Source of the DNA: a virus | Length of the DNA stretch: 64,000 nucleotides | Virus record (IMG/VR): IMGVR_UViG_3300045921_000291 | Strand: one strand, 5' to 3' | Shown here: positions 40,562 through 49,947 of the stretch, in pieces | Layout: the number at the start of each line of letters is the position of its first letter | How positions within the stretch are numbered: position 1 is the first letter of the stretch | Translations under genes and position numbers: made by a program | Notes under the pieces: generated by a model | The model's input: only the letters and a program-made list of their open reading frames with translations | Told to the model about the DNA's origin: nothing | Database searches by the model: none

Positions 40562-41743
40562 TTACAAAGAATTTAAAATTTTATTGAATTTTTCAGTTTC
40601 TAATCTTTTAATCTCTTTACCTATATCAGCCGATCTAAATCCCATGTCCATCACTTCAATGGGAGTAACGGATAATTCATATTTGATATAGGCATCTGTC
40701 ATATGTTTAATTTCAATTGGTAGTTTGTGATAACTTAAAAACTCAATGACTTCTTTCATAGGTATATTCAGCTTCTGCTGCTCTTTCCTTAATTCGTAAA
40801 CGCTATCTAATTTTATGTTACATAAATTTATAAAAAACTGAATATATTTTATATCATCGTTGGTATATTTTATACTATTCAAATACTTATTCAAATTGAA
40901 ATTAGTATCAATATCCTTTAGTAAATAAGCAATTGCATGTGTGTAGTGTTTTGATGGATAATCAACAAATACCTTATTCAACTTTACACCTGGAAATATC
41001 TCATCCAATAAACCTAGTTCTTCAAGTAGATTCATATAAAATTTCTTGTCTTTGGATGAGCTCCATCCCTTTATGAACTCATCTCGTATGCGTTCTTTGG
41101 ATACTCCAGATAAATCGGGATTTTCTTGTATAGCTTTCTTTGTATCCTCATCTGGTTTAGATAATGTCCGCCCAGCAAATCTAGGAACTCTTAGTTTTCT
41201 AAGAGGGTCTTCATCAAACCTGTCTTCAGCTCTACCTACTGTTCTAACTATATTGCCCTTTATATCCTCAATTCCACCTACTAAATCTATTATTTTCTTG
41301 TCAAATATATCGTAGTAAAGTGCATTGATGGTCAAATCCCTTCTCTTTACATCTTGATTGATATCAGTATACTCAACTGAATCGGGTCTACGACCTTTTC
41401 CTATATCAGACCTAAAGGTGGCTACTTCGATGCCATCCTTAAAATTTGGTGTCTTTATTACGGTTATACCGAAAGCCTCACCAACATCATACGTATTATA
41501 TTTACCCTGAATGATTTGCTTTATTTGTTCTGGTTTTGCATCGGTAGCCAAATCAAAGTCTTTGGGTTTATTGCCCAATAAATAATCTCTAACTGCACCA
41601 CCTACAACATATAACTTATATCCATTATTCCTAAATAACCTTGACAATTCAATAACATCAAAAGGAAGTATATCATATAAGCCCTTTTCATCATTTAAGT
41701 TAGATTCTGTGATTGAAATATTTCTATACTCTAACAGTTTCAT
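40562..41743 (-). CDS. cca: CCA-adding tRNA nucleotidyltransferase (class II)
   Basis: VGGAVRD, KDFDLAT, EVATFR, RRDLTINA, EDPLR, ERIRDE; lacks the poly(A) polymerase GRRF signature; start MKLLEYR at 41743. Confidence 0.9.
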   Translation of the reverse strand: MKLLEYRNISITESNLNDEKGLYDILPFDVIELSRLFRNNGYKLYVVGGAVRDYLLGNKPKDFDLATDAKPEQIKQIIQGKYNTYDVGEAFGITVIKTPNFKDGIEVATFRSDIGKGRRPDSVEYTDINQDVKRRDLTINALYYDIFDKKIIDLVGGIEDIKGNIVRTVGRAEDRFDEDPLRKLRVPRFAGRTLSKPDEDTKKAIQENPDLSGVSKERIRDEFIKGWSSSKDKKFYMNLLEELGLLDEIFPGVKLNKVFVDYPSKHYTHAIAYLLKDIDTNFNLNKYLNSIKYTNDDIKYIQFFINLCNIKLDSVYELRKEQQKLNIPMKEVIEFLSYHKLPIEIKHMTDAYIKYELSVTPIEVMDMGFRSADIGKEIKRLETEKFNKILNSL

Positions 41744-41751
41744 ATGTTTTT

Positions 41752-41779
41752 TATATATCAAAATTAAGAGATATATAAC
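41752..41779. promoter_or_regulatory. back-to-back late promoter boxes
   Basis: GATATATA on each strand, 8 nt before the cca ATG and 4 nt before ATG 41782. Confidence 0.6.
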
Positions 41780-41781
41780 AC

Positions 41782-42219
41782 ATGTCATTGTCATCTAAAT
41801 TACTAAAGACGTTAGATAGATTGACTATATTACCTCAGGGAGGGAGTATAGTTAAGGAATCAGGAAATGGTAACTTCACCATAGAGGATTTAGGTTCTGG
41901 TGAATTAAGAATACTTAAGAACGCATCTGGTAATCTGTTAATAGAAAGAAACGATATAAATCTTGGTGATTTGATATTGCGGTCTGTTAAAGGTTTAAGT
42001 GTAACGGAAGTAATCATAAGAGAAAATGAGGTAGAGTTTAGCAATGATATACTATTGGTAGATGGTAAAATTACTTTAGAACCTCATATACCATCTTCAA
42101 CAACCAATTCTATATACAATAACGGTAACAGCTTAAATTTCGGTGATACCGCTATAGTCACTTCAAAAAATGTATATGATTACTCTTACCCAATGGGAGT
42201 AATAATGGGGGGCATTTAA
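41782..42219 (+). CDS. short fibre-family structural protein
   Basis: Begins MSLSSK like 19573 and 21800; GNFTIED.GSGELRI resembles the 18485 gene. Confidence 0.7.
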   Translation: MSLSSKLLKTLDRLTILPQGGSIVKESGNGNFTIEDLGSGELRILKNASGNLLIERNDINLGDLILRSVKGLSVTEVIIRENEVEFSNDILLVDGKITLEPHIPSSTTNSIYNNGNSLNFGDTAIVTSKNVYDYSYPMGVIMGGI

Positions 42220-42220
42220 C

Positions 42221-43720
42221 ATGATTAAGAATAAAATACTCGTTGGTTCTGATGGCGGAACTTATAGTTTTAATGCCAGTACAGGTGTAATAACTATATC
42301 GGGATTGGGGACTAATTTTGAATTAGAAGACTTACTACTTGTAGTAAACATAACAAGTAATAAAGTATATTATAATCCTTTAGTTAGTGGTGAAGGTGCC
42401 ACTTTATCTATTTCAGGTTCAGATGTAATCATAGACTTGGATAAAGATACTAGTTCTGATTCTAATTCGGACGGGTTACAGATATGGATAAGAGCATCTA
42501 TACCCATAGATGTATCTATAAGTGATAAAGTAATGACTGGTAATAGTCTACTACCAGTCGTTGATTTGTTCTCCAACTCAAACTCATCTTTTAGTTCAGA
42601 TGATGGTTCCTATATAAATGAATACATCAATGCAAGTGGTGGTTCATATACATGGAATAGCTCAGATTCAAGTATATCATTGACAGTTACAACCGCTTCT
42701 GGGTCTAGGTCTGTTTTAGAACAACACGGGTATAACACGTATACACCGGGTACTAATGTTAGAATCTTAGCAACAGGGGCAATGAATACACATGTCTCTG
42801 GAAATGTAAAAAGGATAGGTATATTCGATGATAATGATGGGTTGTTTTTTGAAAGAGATGCCTCAGGTATTATGAATGTGGTATTACGCACATCCACATC
42901 TGGTTCTCCCGTTGAAACTAGAATACCACAAAGTTCTTGGAGCATAGACCGTGCGGATGGAACGGGTAATAGTAAATTTAATGCGAACTTCAATTTTGCT
43001 CAAATGTATATTATAGAATATCAATTTGAGGTTGGTACTATAAAATTTGGCGTTATTCATAAATCAAGAATTATATGGTTACATTGGATTGAAAGCGGGA
43101 ATGTAATTGCTGGACCTTATATGAGAAGAGGAACACTTCCAGTTAGATATGAAAACATAAATACGACAGGTGTCCCGTCTGGAAGCACACTTAAAGTAAT
43201 GAGCTATAGTGTGATGTCTGAAAAAGTATCATTCGAAACGTTATTCAATAATAGTGTATCCAATGCTGTAACTGGTAAAAGTATAAACTCTGGTGTCAGA
43301 AATCAATTATTGTCAATAAGATTGAAAAGTACATATAATAGCACTGACAATAGAGGCATTGTTATACCTCAAGAATTCACAATAACCACTACTTCAAATG
43401 CCTCTTTTTACTATGAGCTTGTATTACAAAGGGCACATTTATCACAACTTAACTTAGGAGGTACACCGACTTGGAATAGTGTGGGTGCTGACTCTTTATG
43501 CGAATTTACAGTAAATGGAACAACTGTAACAGGTGGTAGAGTAATAACATCTGGCTATGCCAATGCACAAACAAGACTGGAATACAAAGTACTGAATTCT
43601 ATTAGAGATTATCTGTCAACCAATTCAAGTTCTACAAATAGTGACTGGTTGCATATAGTTGTAAATCCATTATCTAATGCAACTTTGTATGCATCTATGT
43701 CATGGAAGGAGCGTAAATAA
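42221..43720 (+). CDS. virion structural protein with lectin-like beta-sandwich
   Basis: TYSFNASTGVITI..LLLVVNIT..VYYNP N-domain; KRIGIFDDNDGLFFE...IPQSSW.IDR.DG.G.S motif seen in large-phage structural proteins. Confidence 0.7.
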   Translation: MIKNKILVGSDGGTYSFNASTGVITISGLGTNFELEDLLLVVNITSNKVYYNPLVSGEGATLSISGSDVIIDLDKDTSSDSNSDGLQIWIRASIPIDVSISDKVMTGNSLLPVVDLFSNSNSSFSSDDGSYINEYINASGGSYTWNSSDSSISLTVTTASGSRSVLEQHGYNTYTPGTNVRILATGAMNTHVSGNVKRIGIFDDNDGLFFERDASGIMNVVLRTSTSGSPVETRIPQSSWSIDRADGTGNSKFNANFNFAQMYIIEYQFEVGTIKFGVIHKSRIIWLHWIESGNVIAGPYMRRGTLPVRYENINTTGVPSGSTLKVMSYSVMSEKVSFETLFNNSVSNAVTGKSINSGVRNQLLSIRLKSTYNSTDNRGIVIPQEFTITTTSNASFYYELVLQRAHLSQLNLGGTPTWNSVGADSLCEFTVNGTTVTGGRVITSGYANAQTRLEYKVLNSIRDYLSTNSSSTNSDWLHIVVNPLSNATLYASMSWKERK

Positions 43721-45996
43721 TGAGTGTGTATAGTTACAATAAGTCAGTAGATGCTTCTAAGTTATCAAACGAAATAACAACAGGACTTGGCATATCTCCT
43801 TTATTTATAGAAGTGAGCGTGACAACAGTCACTATATACTTTGATATTGTATTGAATGCAGTACAAGAAACGAACCTCGCGAATATAGTAGATTTACATA
43901 ATTTTCAAATAGAATCAGAGTCTACAATAAATAGTGGAAGTACACTGAATAGTATTCCTATATGGGATGGCGACTCTTGGTCAGAGTTGTCCACATTTAG
44001 AGTCAATTCAAACAGTATAACTTTCTCAACTCCAGCTATACCCTTCCTTATAACCAATACATCTAATGTAGATGGCATACGCATAATAGACGAATCTACT
44101 GGTAATATTGTAATAGGAAAAAACACAACAGGCAATATCAATATAATAAATGATTTCGGTAGTATAAACATAACATCTGGTACATACAACTTGACATTAT
44201 CCAATTCTGGGTCTGTATTCTCAAATCAGATAAGAATAGGTGGACTGAATAGTTTAGCCACTCCCACTGCTGGTATGTTAAGATATGATTCCAATAATCT
44301 TCAATTTTATAATACCGCATGGCGAACAGTCGCTACCACCGCAGACCTACCTTCTTTGATTTTACCTACTGGTTCTACCACTAATTCAACTTTAAGATGG
44401 AATGGAACTGCATGGGTAGAGAATGCTTATTTAAGGTCTAACGGTACATCCGTTAGTGTAAATACTACTACCACTACAGCCGCTTTGAACATAAGTGGTA
44501 ACTTGTTATTTACAGGTTCAAATGCCATACAAAAGACAAATACAGGCAATTTAACATTAGAGCACACATTTAACGGTGCTGGTGATTTAATCATAAGAAG
44601 AGTAGCGGGTTCATTGAACACTACATTAACTTTATCATCTACATTAGTCAATCTTAATAATAAATTGAGAATCATATCACCTAGTGCTTCAATCACACCT
44701 CTTGAAGTAAGAGCCGCCGCAGCACATTCGACTGATATATTGATAGTTCAGAACAATATAGGCGAAACATTTTCTAAATTCAGAAATGATGGTAGTCTAG
44801 TATTGAACGACCGACAAGATAATACTGGAAATGAAGCTTTTTGGGTTAAAGGATTTAACCAGACTAGGTTATTCAGAGTAATCCCCGCTGATGGTAGAGT
44901 GGATATGTGGACAGAAGAAAACACAAACACTCGAAACATGGAATTTGTCATATCAGGTTCTTATCAATCAGAATTATCATGGAGATGGGATGGAGAAACA
45001 GACCCTTTCATTGGTTTAAGGGGTACTGGTAATGCTTCACAGGATACCTTTGACATTTATTCTTATAATAGAGGACAGTCATTCATACAGTTTTATGCTG
45101 GGTATCCTGTGCCTACCACTGATTATAGAATACGAATGTTCGCGCCCACATTTTTTGAGTTCAATCAATTGATAATAGATAATGGCGCGAATGATTTTGA
45201 AATAGTTGATAATACACCAAATACTTTCAAAATACAGAAATCTAGTTCAACTGGTAATATAGAACATAGAATAGTGTCGTCAACCAACACATCTGGTAAT
45301 ATAATACTAGGTAATGAAAGTACAGATGCTTTGTCTCAATTTTCAATGTTTGATGACTCATTAGTATTCACAACTGTGAATAAAACTAATACTTCTTCTA
45401 ACTCCATAATAATAGATGAAAATATTACGGAATTTACCAAAGGTATATTGATAGGTGACGTAGATAATACTTTCGCTAATAACGGAATTATAAAACATAC
45501 TTCAAACGGATTCCAATTTAGAGATGGTAGTCAATGGCTATCACTTAGAAATAGCACAATAAATCCAAACAACACTGCGAGTCTATTTAAACAAACTACA
45601 ATAGATACACTCAATTCAGGAACACCCGTTTCAGTGGCATTTGATGGTATAAATTATCTGGGCTCTAATTTTAACCAACCTTCATCTACAGAGTTACGAG
45701 TGTTGAGTTCAGGTTTATATGAATTATCATATACTGTCACATTTGTGAGAACGGGCGGAAATTCTAATATAAGTGCATATTCTGAATTGCAATTAAATAA
45801 CTCTACCATTTCAGGTTCCGTGGCCCAAACATATGTTTCCAATAACAACGCCTACACGTTTACGTTATCATCTACTGTCATACTAAATATAAACGCCAAT
45901 CAGATAATATCAGTTATACTGGGTAGATTATCAGGTAACTTGAATGCAAATACAGTAGTAAATGCTTGCACATTAAACGCCAAAAGATTAAACTAA
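43720..45996 (+). CDS. tail-fibre-like protein with C-terminal C1q/BclA-like domain
   Basis: 758 aa, T/N/S-rich; STLRWNGTAW module; C-terminal V.FD...GLYELSYTVTF...LNINANQIISV. Confidence 0.75.
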   Translation: MSVYSYNKSVDASKLSNEITTGLGISPLFIEVSVTTVTIYFDIVLNAVQETNLANIVDLHNFQIESESTINSGSTLNSIPIWDGDSWSELSTFRVNSNSITFSTPAIPFLITNTSNVDGIRIIDESTGNIVIGKNTTGNINIINDFGSINITSGTYNLTLSNSGSVFSNQIRIGGLNSLATPTAGMLRYDSNNLQFYNTAWRTVATTADLPSLILPTGSTTNSTLRWNGTAWVENAYLRSNGTSVSVNTTTTTAALNISGNLLFTGSNAIQKTNTGNLTLEHTFNGAGDLIIRRVAGSLNTTLTLSSTLVNLNNKLRIISPSASITPLEVRAAAAHSTDILIVQNNIGETFSKFRNDGSLVLNDRQDNTGNEAFWVKGFNQTRLFRVIPADGRVDMWTEENTNTRNMEFVISGSYQSELSWRWDGETDPFIGLRGTGNASQDTFDIYSYNRGQSFIQFYAGYPVPTTDYRIRMFAPTFFEFNQLIIDNGANDFEIVDNTPNTFKIQKSSSTGNIEHRIVSSTNTSGNIILGNESTDALSQFSMFDDSLVFTTVNKTNTSSNSIIIDENITEFTKGILIGDVDNTFANNGIIKHTSNGFQFRDGSQWLSLRNSTINPNNTASLFKQTTIDTLNSGTPVSVAFDGINYLGSNFNQPSSTELRVLSSGLYELSYTVTFVRTGGNSNISAYSELQLNNSTISGSVAQTYVSNNNAYTFTLSSTVILNINANQIISVILGRLSGNLNANTVVNACTLNAKRLN

Positions 45997-46003
45997 ATAG
46001 TAT

Positions 46004-47065
46004 ATGTCAGAAAGTAAAAGACCAACCACTGGTATAGCTTTACCACCATTACCAAATTCAATATCACCATCTGAGATACAGGTACCTACGAGAAGAATAG
46101 GTAATGAGCAATCAGAACATTATGAATATGATTTCCTAGTGAATAGACCTTTCAAACATACTCAATTTCTAAATGAGCTTTCAGCTATAGGTATATTAGT
46201 ACATAACTCTATATTTGAAAATAATAAAGTTAAAATATTCTCTAATAGTCAATTATCTGAAAATCAGTTAGCTCAAGTACAATTAACATTAGATGAACAT
46301 GAGCCAATTGAGTCTGATTCATTATTTTCTTATAAGATAAATGTGTTAACCACTACATTTAATTTTATTAAACTCCAAAAAGAGTTGAATCAGCATTATT
46401 TATCACCTATAAGTATAACCAATTATTCTTCATTTGGTTATTTAATTTTCAGATTTACAACTGAATTAGATGTTTCCAAACAAAACCAATTGGAAACGAC
46501 GGTATTACTACATGACCCTAATGTTTGGAATGATAGATATTATGCGTTTGCTCCAGATATAGAAGATCCCACGGTATTAGATTATGATTTGATGCCTTTA
46601 TTTAAGAAGAAGATTTTTGAAAAAGGTGAACTGATAAGAAATGAACACTATATGAATTATGATTCGGATACGGATGAATATTATGATTTAGTCATAACAG
46701 AAGACATGCAAAACATATATGATCCTAATTTAAGATTAATTAGAAGAACAATAAACACAATAAATTGGTATTACGTATCTGGTGAAATAGGCAGCACCAA
46801 ACAAATGACTAAATTCTATACATTAGAAGAAGCTATAGCATTTGAAGAAGACGTTCGTAAACGTGTATTGGATACTGCCAAATTGGTTATATGGTCACAC
46901 TTAGGTGAAGTTGGTGCTTTTATGATTCTTATAGAACTTGAGAACTATATAAACCTATATCATAAAGGGTCTAAATCACAATTGATTAACTGGTGGCAGA
47001 CCACAACCAACCCAGATATATCTCAAGAATTGAGACAAACCGTACTATCCATCATAAATATCTGA
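46004..47065 (+). CDS. fibre assembly/chaperone-like protein
   Basis: Two copies of an approx. 60-aa module ending L...L..H(E/D)P, similar to the N-terminus of 43720; helical C-terminus. Confidence 0.55.
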   Translation: MSESKRPTTGIALPPLPNSISPSEIQVPTRRIGNEQSEHYEYDFLVNRPFKHTQFLNELSAIGILVHNSIFENNKVKIFSNSQLSENQLAQVQLTLDEHEPIESDSLFSYKINVLTTTFNFIKLQKELNQHYLSPISITNYSSFGYLIFRFTTELDVSKQNQLETTVLLHDPNVWNDRYYAFAPDIEDPTVLDYDLMPLFKKKIFEKGELIRNEHYMNYDSDTDEYYDLVITEDMQNIYDPNLRLIRRTINTINWYYVSGEIGSTKQMTKFYTLEEAIAFEEDVRKRVLDTAKLVIWSHLGEVGAFMILIELENYINLYHKGSKSQLINWWQTTTNPDISQELRQTVLSIINI

Positions 47066-47091
47066 TTAAATTTATTTTTTTCAACAATGTA

Positions 47092-47123
47092 TTTGTAAGT
47101 TAGAAATATAGTGTTTATATTTG
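47092..47123 (+). promoter_or_regulatory. Bacteroidota sigma70-type promoter
   Basis: TTTG (47092-47095), N20, TATATTTG (47116-47123). Confidence 0.8.
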
Positions 47124-47179
47124 TATCGTGGTTGATAATAATCAACCACTAACATATTTCAACTTTTTAAAAATTTACC

Positions 47180-48136
47180 ATGAATACGTTTACCAAAACA
47201 CTACCTTCTCCTACCATCGAAGAACTAAACAAAGTTATTGATGGCATCCAACTAATCGAAAAGGGCAAAGAAATTCAGACTATTGTCAACTATGATGGGG
47301 ATATACATGATTTAGGTTCTTATAAGCTCAAAGAGTCTTATGTGTTTCCATTCGATGACAGGGGTATTCTAGCCGAGTTCATGTATAGGCTAAATCAGCA
47401 AGGCATTCATATCAAACGAATAAATACTAGGATACGTAGAGAAATCATTGAATTTTATTTCGTAGAAGACAATGATATTGAGATAGACGGTATTATTTAC
47501 AACCCATTCATCAATATCTTGTCACGTACAGGTGGCACATATTTGATTGAATTCAATTTCGGATACATGCGTTCCGGTAGTTCTGAATTCATGTATGTGT
47601 CTCCGAATATAGGCAAGGACTATAACATCGGTACACGTGGCAAACGTAGTCGAATCGATAGCGCAATGAACATTGTACGCAATGTGTGTTTTGATTATGC
47701 TAAGATAAAACGAGAATTGAAAAAAGAAGTAGATGTCGCTCGCTCATGTGAAATGATGATATTCGCTAAACACGAGCATTTGTTCCTAAAGAACAATCGT
47801 ACAGGCGAAATTGAAAAGGAAACATCCACTTCTAAGTTTAGAATACATAAGTTCACTCTCGACTATGGTCGTAGTGATATAAGAGTATTGATGAAGTCAC
47901 CTTCCACTAAACTGGAAGATATCCGAAATACCGCAAAATCTCATCTTGAGCAATACCCTATAAATCAATTCATAGCTTCACAAGTCTATGGTAAGGTATA
48001 TGAAGCCCAAGATATTCATCGCATTAAGAAAGAGATATCGCGAGTGAGAGAATTCTTTAATGAACATGGTGAAGAAACCCAGGTTAAAAATGAAGAAAAT
48101 ATCACTTTAGCTTCTTTTGAATATCATCGTGATTAG
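47180..48136 (+). CDS. hypothetical protein (early)
   Basis: 318-aa ORF after a host-type promoter. Confidence 0.75.
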   Translation: MNTFTKTLPSPTIEELNKVIDGIQLIEKGKEIQTIVNYDGDIHDLGSYKLKESYVFPFDDRGILAEFMYRLNQQGIHIKRINTRIRREIIEFYFVEDNDIEIDGIIYNPFINILSRTGGTYLIEFNFGYMRSGSSEFMYVSPNIGKDYNIGTRGKRSRIDSAMNIVRNVCFDYAKIKRELKKEVDVARSCEMMIFAKHEHLFLKNNRTGEIEKETSTSKFRIHKFTLDYGRSDIRVLMKSPSTKLEDIRNTAKSHLEQYPINQFIASQVYGKVYEAQDIHRIKKEISRVREFFNEHGEETQVKNEENITLASFEYHRD

Positions 48137-48590
48137 CAACGGCTGTTAAACTCTCTATTTTCATATCGAACCCTTTAATGAAAACGGTCATGGGTACTTC
48201 TTGATCTTCATTATAAACCTTGGTTTCAATCATAACCAAGACACCCCCCTCTTTGGCTGCGCTTTCCAATTTCCCCCTCATATCATCATTAGTGGTGGTT
48301 ATGAAGTTAAAAATTGTCATCTTGCTAGATGGCATGTCCCCTATTTTAGATAACATAACAGAAGTACCAGATTCTGACTTTATCATTACTGATTGACCCG
48401 GCTTCACAGAGGCTGGGTCAAATTTTTTATCATCTGTACTGAACACTTTATCTAAATCTTCTGCTTTTTTAGCTAAAAATTTACCAAAATTGGTTATACC
48501 TTTGAAAATGTTGCCCAATATACCTTCATCCAAATGGTCAACATCTTCAATATTCTTTAATAGTTCACGTTTATGCTTTCTGTAGTTCAT
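48102..48590 (-). CDS. putative internal head protein
   Basis: LDE/G site followed by amphipathic ILGNIFKGITNFGKFLAKK, similar to the 32148 gene. Confidence 0.6.
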   Translation of the reverse strand: MNYRKHKRELLKNIEDVDHLDEGILGNIFKGITNFGKFLAKKAEDLDKVFSTDDKKFDPASVKPGQSVMIKSESGTSVMLSKIGDMPSSKMTIFNFITTTNDDMRGKLESAAKEGGVLVMIETKVYNEDQEVPMTVFIKGFDMKIESLTAVANHDDIQKKLK

Positions 48591-49567
48591 ATTGATATGT
48601 ATGTTTTTATTTTTTCGTCATCATTGAAACCTGATATAACAAATGCTCTAGGTTTTACTTCAATTATCTTTGGTTGAATATCAACCTTGAAGCCTTTATT
48701 CAAATAACCAATCGTTAGGTGTGGTCTGTATACGGTGAATTTATTAGTGTTAGGGAATTTTTTAATTTTTGAATTGAATTCGTGTAATGCGGGATTACTT
48801 GCATCATATTTCAATACATCATATGTATTTTCTTCGAAATAAGATGGATTCGAAAGGTATAGTTTATTAGGTACTTTGAAAGTCTTTAACACTTTAATTA
48901 CGTCTTCTTCCTTTATCTCTTTATAGTGTAAACCAAATAGAATGGTTACGTGTGGCTCCATTTCAAGCCCCTCTATGTGTATAGCTTGTTTGGGTACTTG
49001 AGATATAATACTATCCCATGTGAACTCTACAGGCTCAACATATAACATCACACATCCATACTCAAATTTTCTGGTTCTTGTATTTGCGCTCTCCTGTAAC
49101 CGATAGCCCCCCAAGTCACCCCCCAAGTCACCCCCCAAGTCATTCTTCCAGTTCATAGAAGTTTGAATGAGTACATTCATTTGACTGATTTGATTGCGTA
49201 TATTATTAGCATAATCCCCTGTCAAATCATACTGGTCTAATGTCCTTAAATAAGCATTTAGAGTGGTTAAATTTGAGATGATTTCCTTAGCTGTACCATC
49301 TGCTAATTTAGACACCGCATTCACCATACCAGTGTCCATTTTTCCAAAATTTCTTATATTTATACCTTGACCTAGATGTCCATGTGCTTCGTTTATTTTA
49401 GCTTTCAAATCCGTCAAAGTTGATACATTATCAATATCCCATATAATATTTTCAGAAAGATATATGTTATATAGTTTTTGGATAAGTCCATATATTTCTT
49501 CTTTCAGGGCTTTTTTCTTAAGCTCTTGAGAAGTTAACCATTTGTTATAATTCACAAACTCTTTCAT
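48587..49567 (-). CDS. 2H phosphoesterase (LigT / T4 gp57B-Acb1-like) with long N-terminal extension
   Basis: YGCVML, two HxT motifs (EPHVTI, RPHLTI); extension contains INE/A and LQE/S sites. Confidence 0.75.
   Translation of the reverse strand: MKEFVNYNKWLTSQELKKKALKEEIYGLIQKLYNIYLSENIIWDIDNVSTLTDLKAKINEAHGHLGQGINIRNFGKMDTGMVNAVSKLADGTAKEIISNLTTLNAYLRTLDQYDLTGDYANNIRNQISQMNVLIQTSMNWKNDLGGDLGGDLGGYRLQESANTRTRKFEYGCVMLYVEPVEFTWDSIISQVPKQAIHIEGLEMEPHVTILFGLHYKEIKEEDVIKVLKTFKVPNKLYLSNPSYFEENTYDVLKYDASNPALHEFNSKIKKFPNTNKFTVYRPHLTIGYLNKGFKVDIQPKIIEVKPRAFVISGFNDDEKIKTYISI
49107..49142. repeat. 3 x 12-bp tandem repeat CCCCCCAAGTCA (DLGG x3)
   Basis: Three exact adjacent copies. Confidence 0.95.
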
Positions 49568-49606
49568 AGCATATATATGTTAAACACAATAGCCAAAAGG
49601 TAAACC

Positions 49607-49900
49607 ATGTTAAATCAAAATAAACCGCTTAATGACAGAGAAGTCATGGCAGCCAGAAAACAATCCAAAGAGAACTTTAAAGAAAATTACACTAAAAATT
49701 CAAGATTTAGAAATCAAAATCAAGAGTTTAATGATAAGTTAACTACATTTAGACAAACCAATCCTGAATTCTCCGTATCGGTGAATGGAAGCATAATCAC
49801 CATGTTCAAGCCCAATGGTGAAATGGCAGCAGTATACAATTCAGAAAATGGACTTATGAATATCAATTGTCCAGCATTTAAAGCTCACATGGGTTCTTAG
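49607..49900 (+). CDS. hypothetical protein
   Basis: 97 aa; shares palindromic CATATATATG (49570-49579) with the divergent 2H gene. Confidence 0.65.
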   Translation: MLNQNKPLNDREVMAARKQSKENFKENYTKNSRFRNQNQEFNDKLTTFRQTNPEFSVSVNGSIITMFKPNGEMAAVYNSENGLMNINCPAFKAHMGS

Positions 49901-49904
49901 AAAT

Positions 49905-49935
49905 AAAAAGGGGAGTGTTTAACTCCCCCTTTTTA
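49905..49935. terminator. bidirectional intrinsic terminator
   Basis: A5-GGGGAGT..ACTCCCC-T tract between convergent genes. Confidence 0.8.
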
Positions 49936-49947
49936 GTTAGTTGGTAC

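Noticed and set aside
40562-41743. Poly(A) polymerase assignment for the class II nucleotidyltransferase
   Set aside because: The PAP signature (GRRF-type motif) is absent; the sequence there is VGEAFGITVI and the ERxxxE motif is present, favouring CCA addition.
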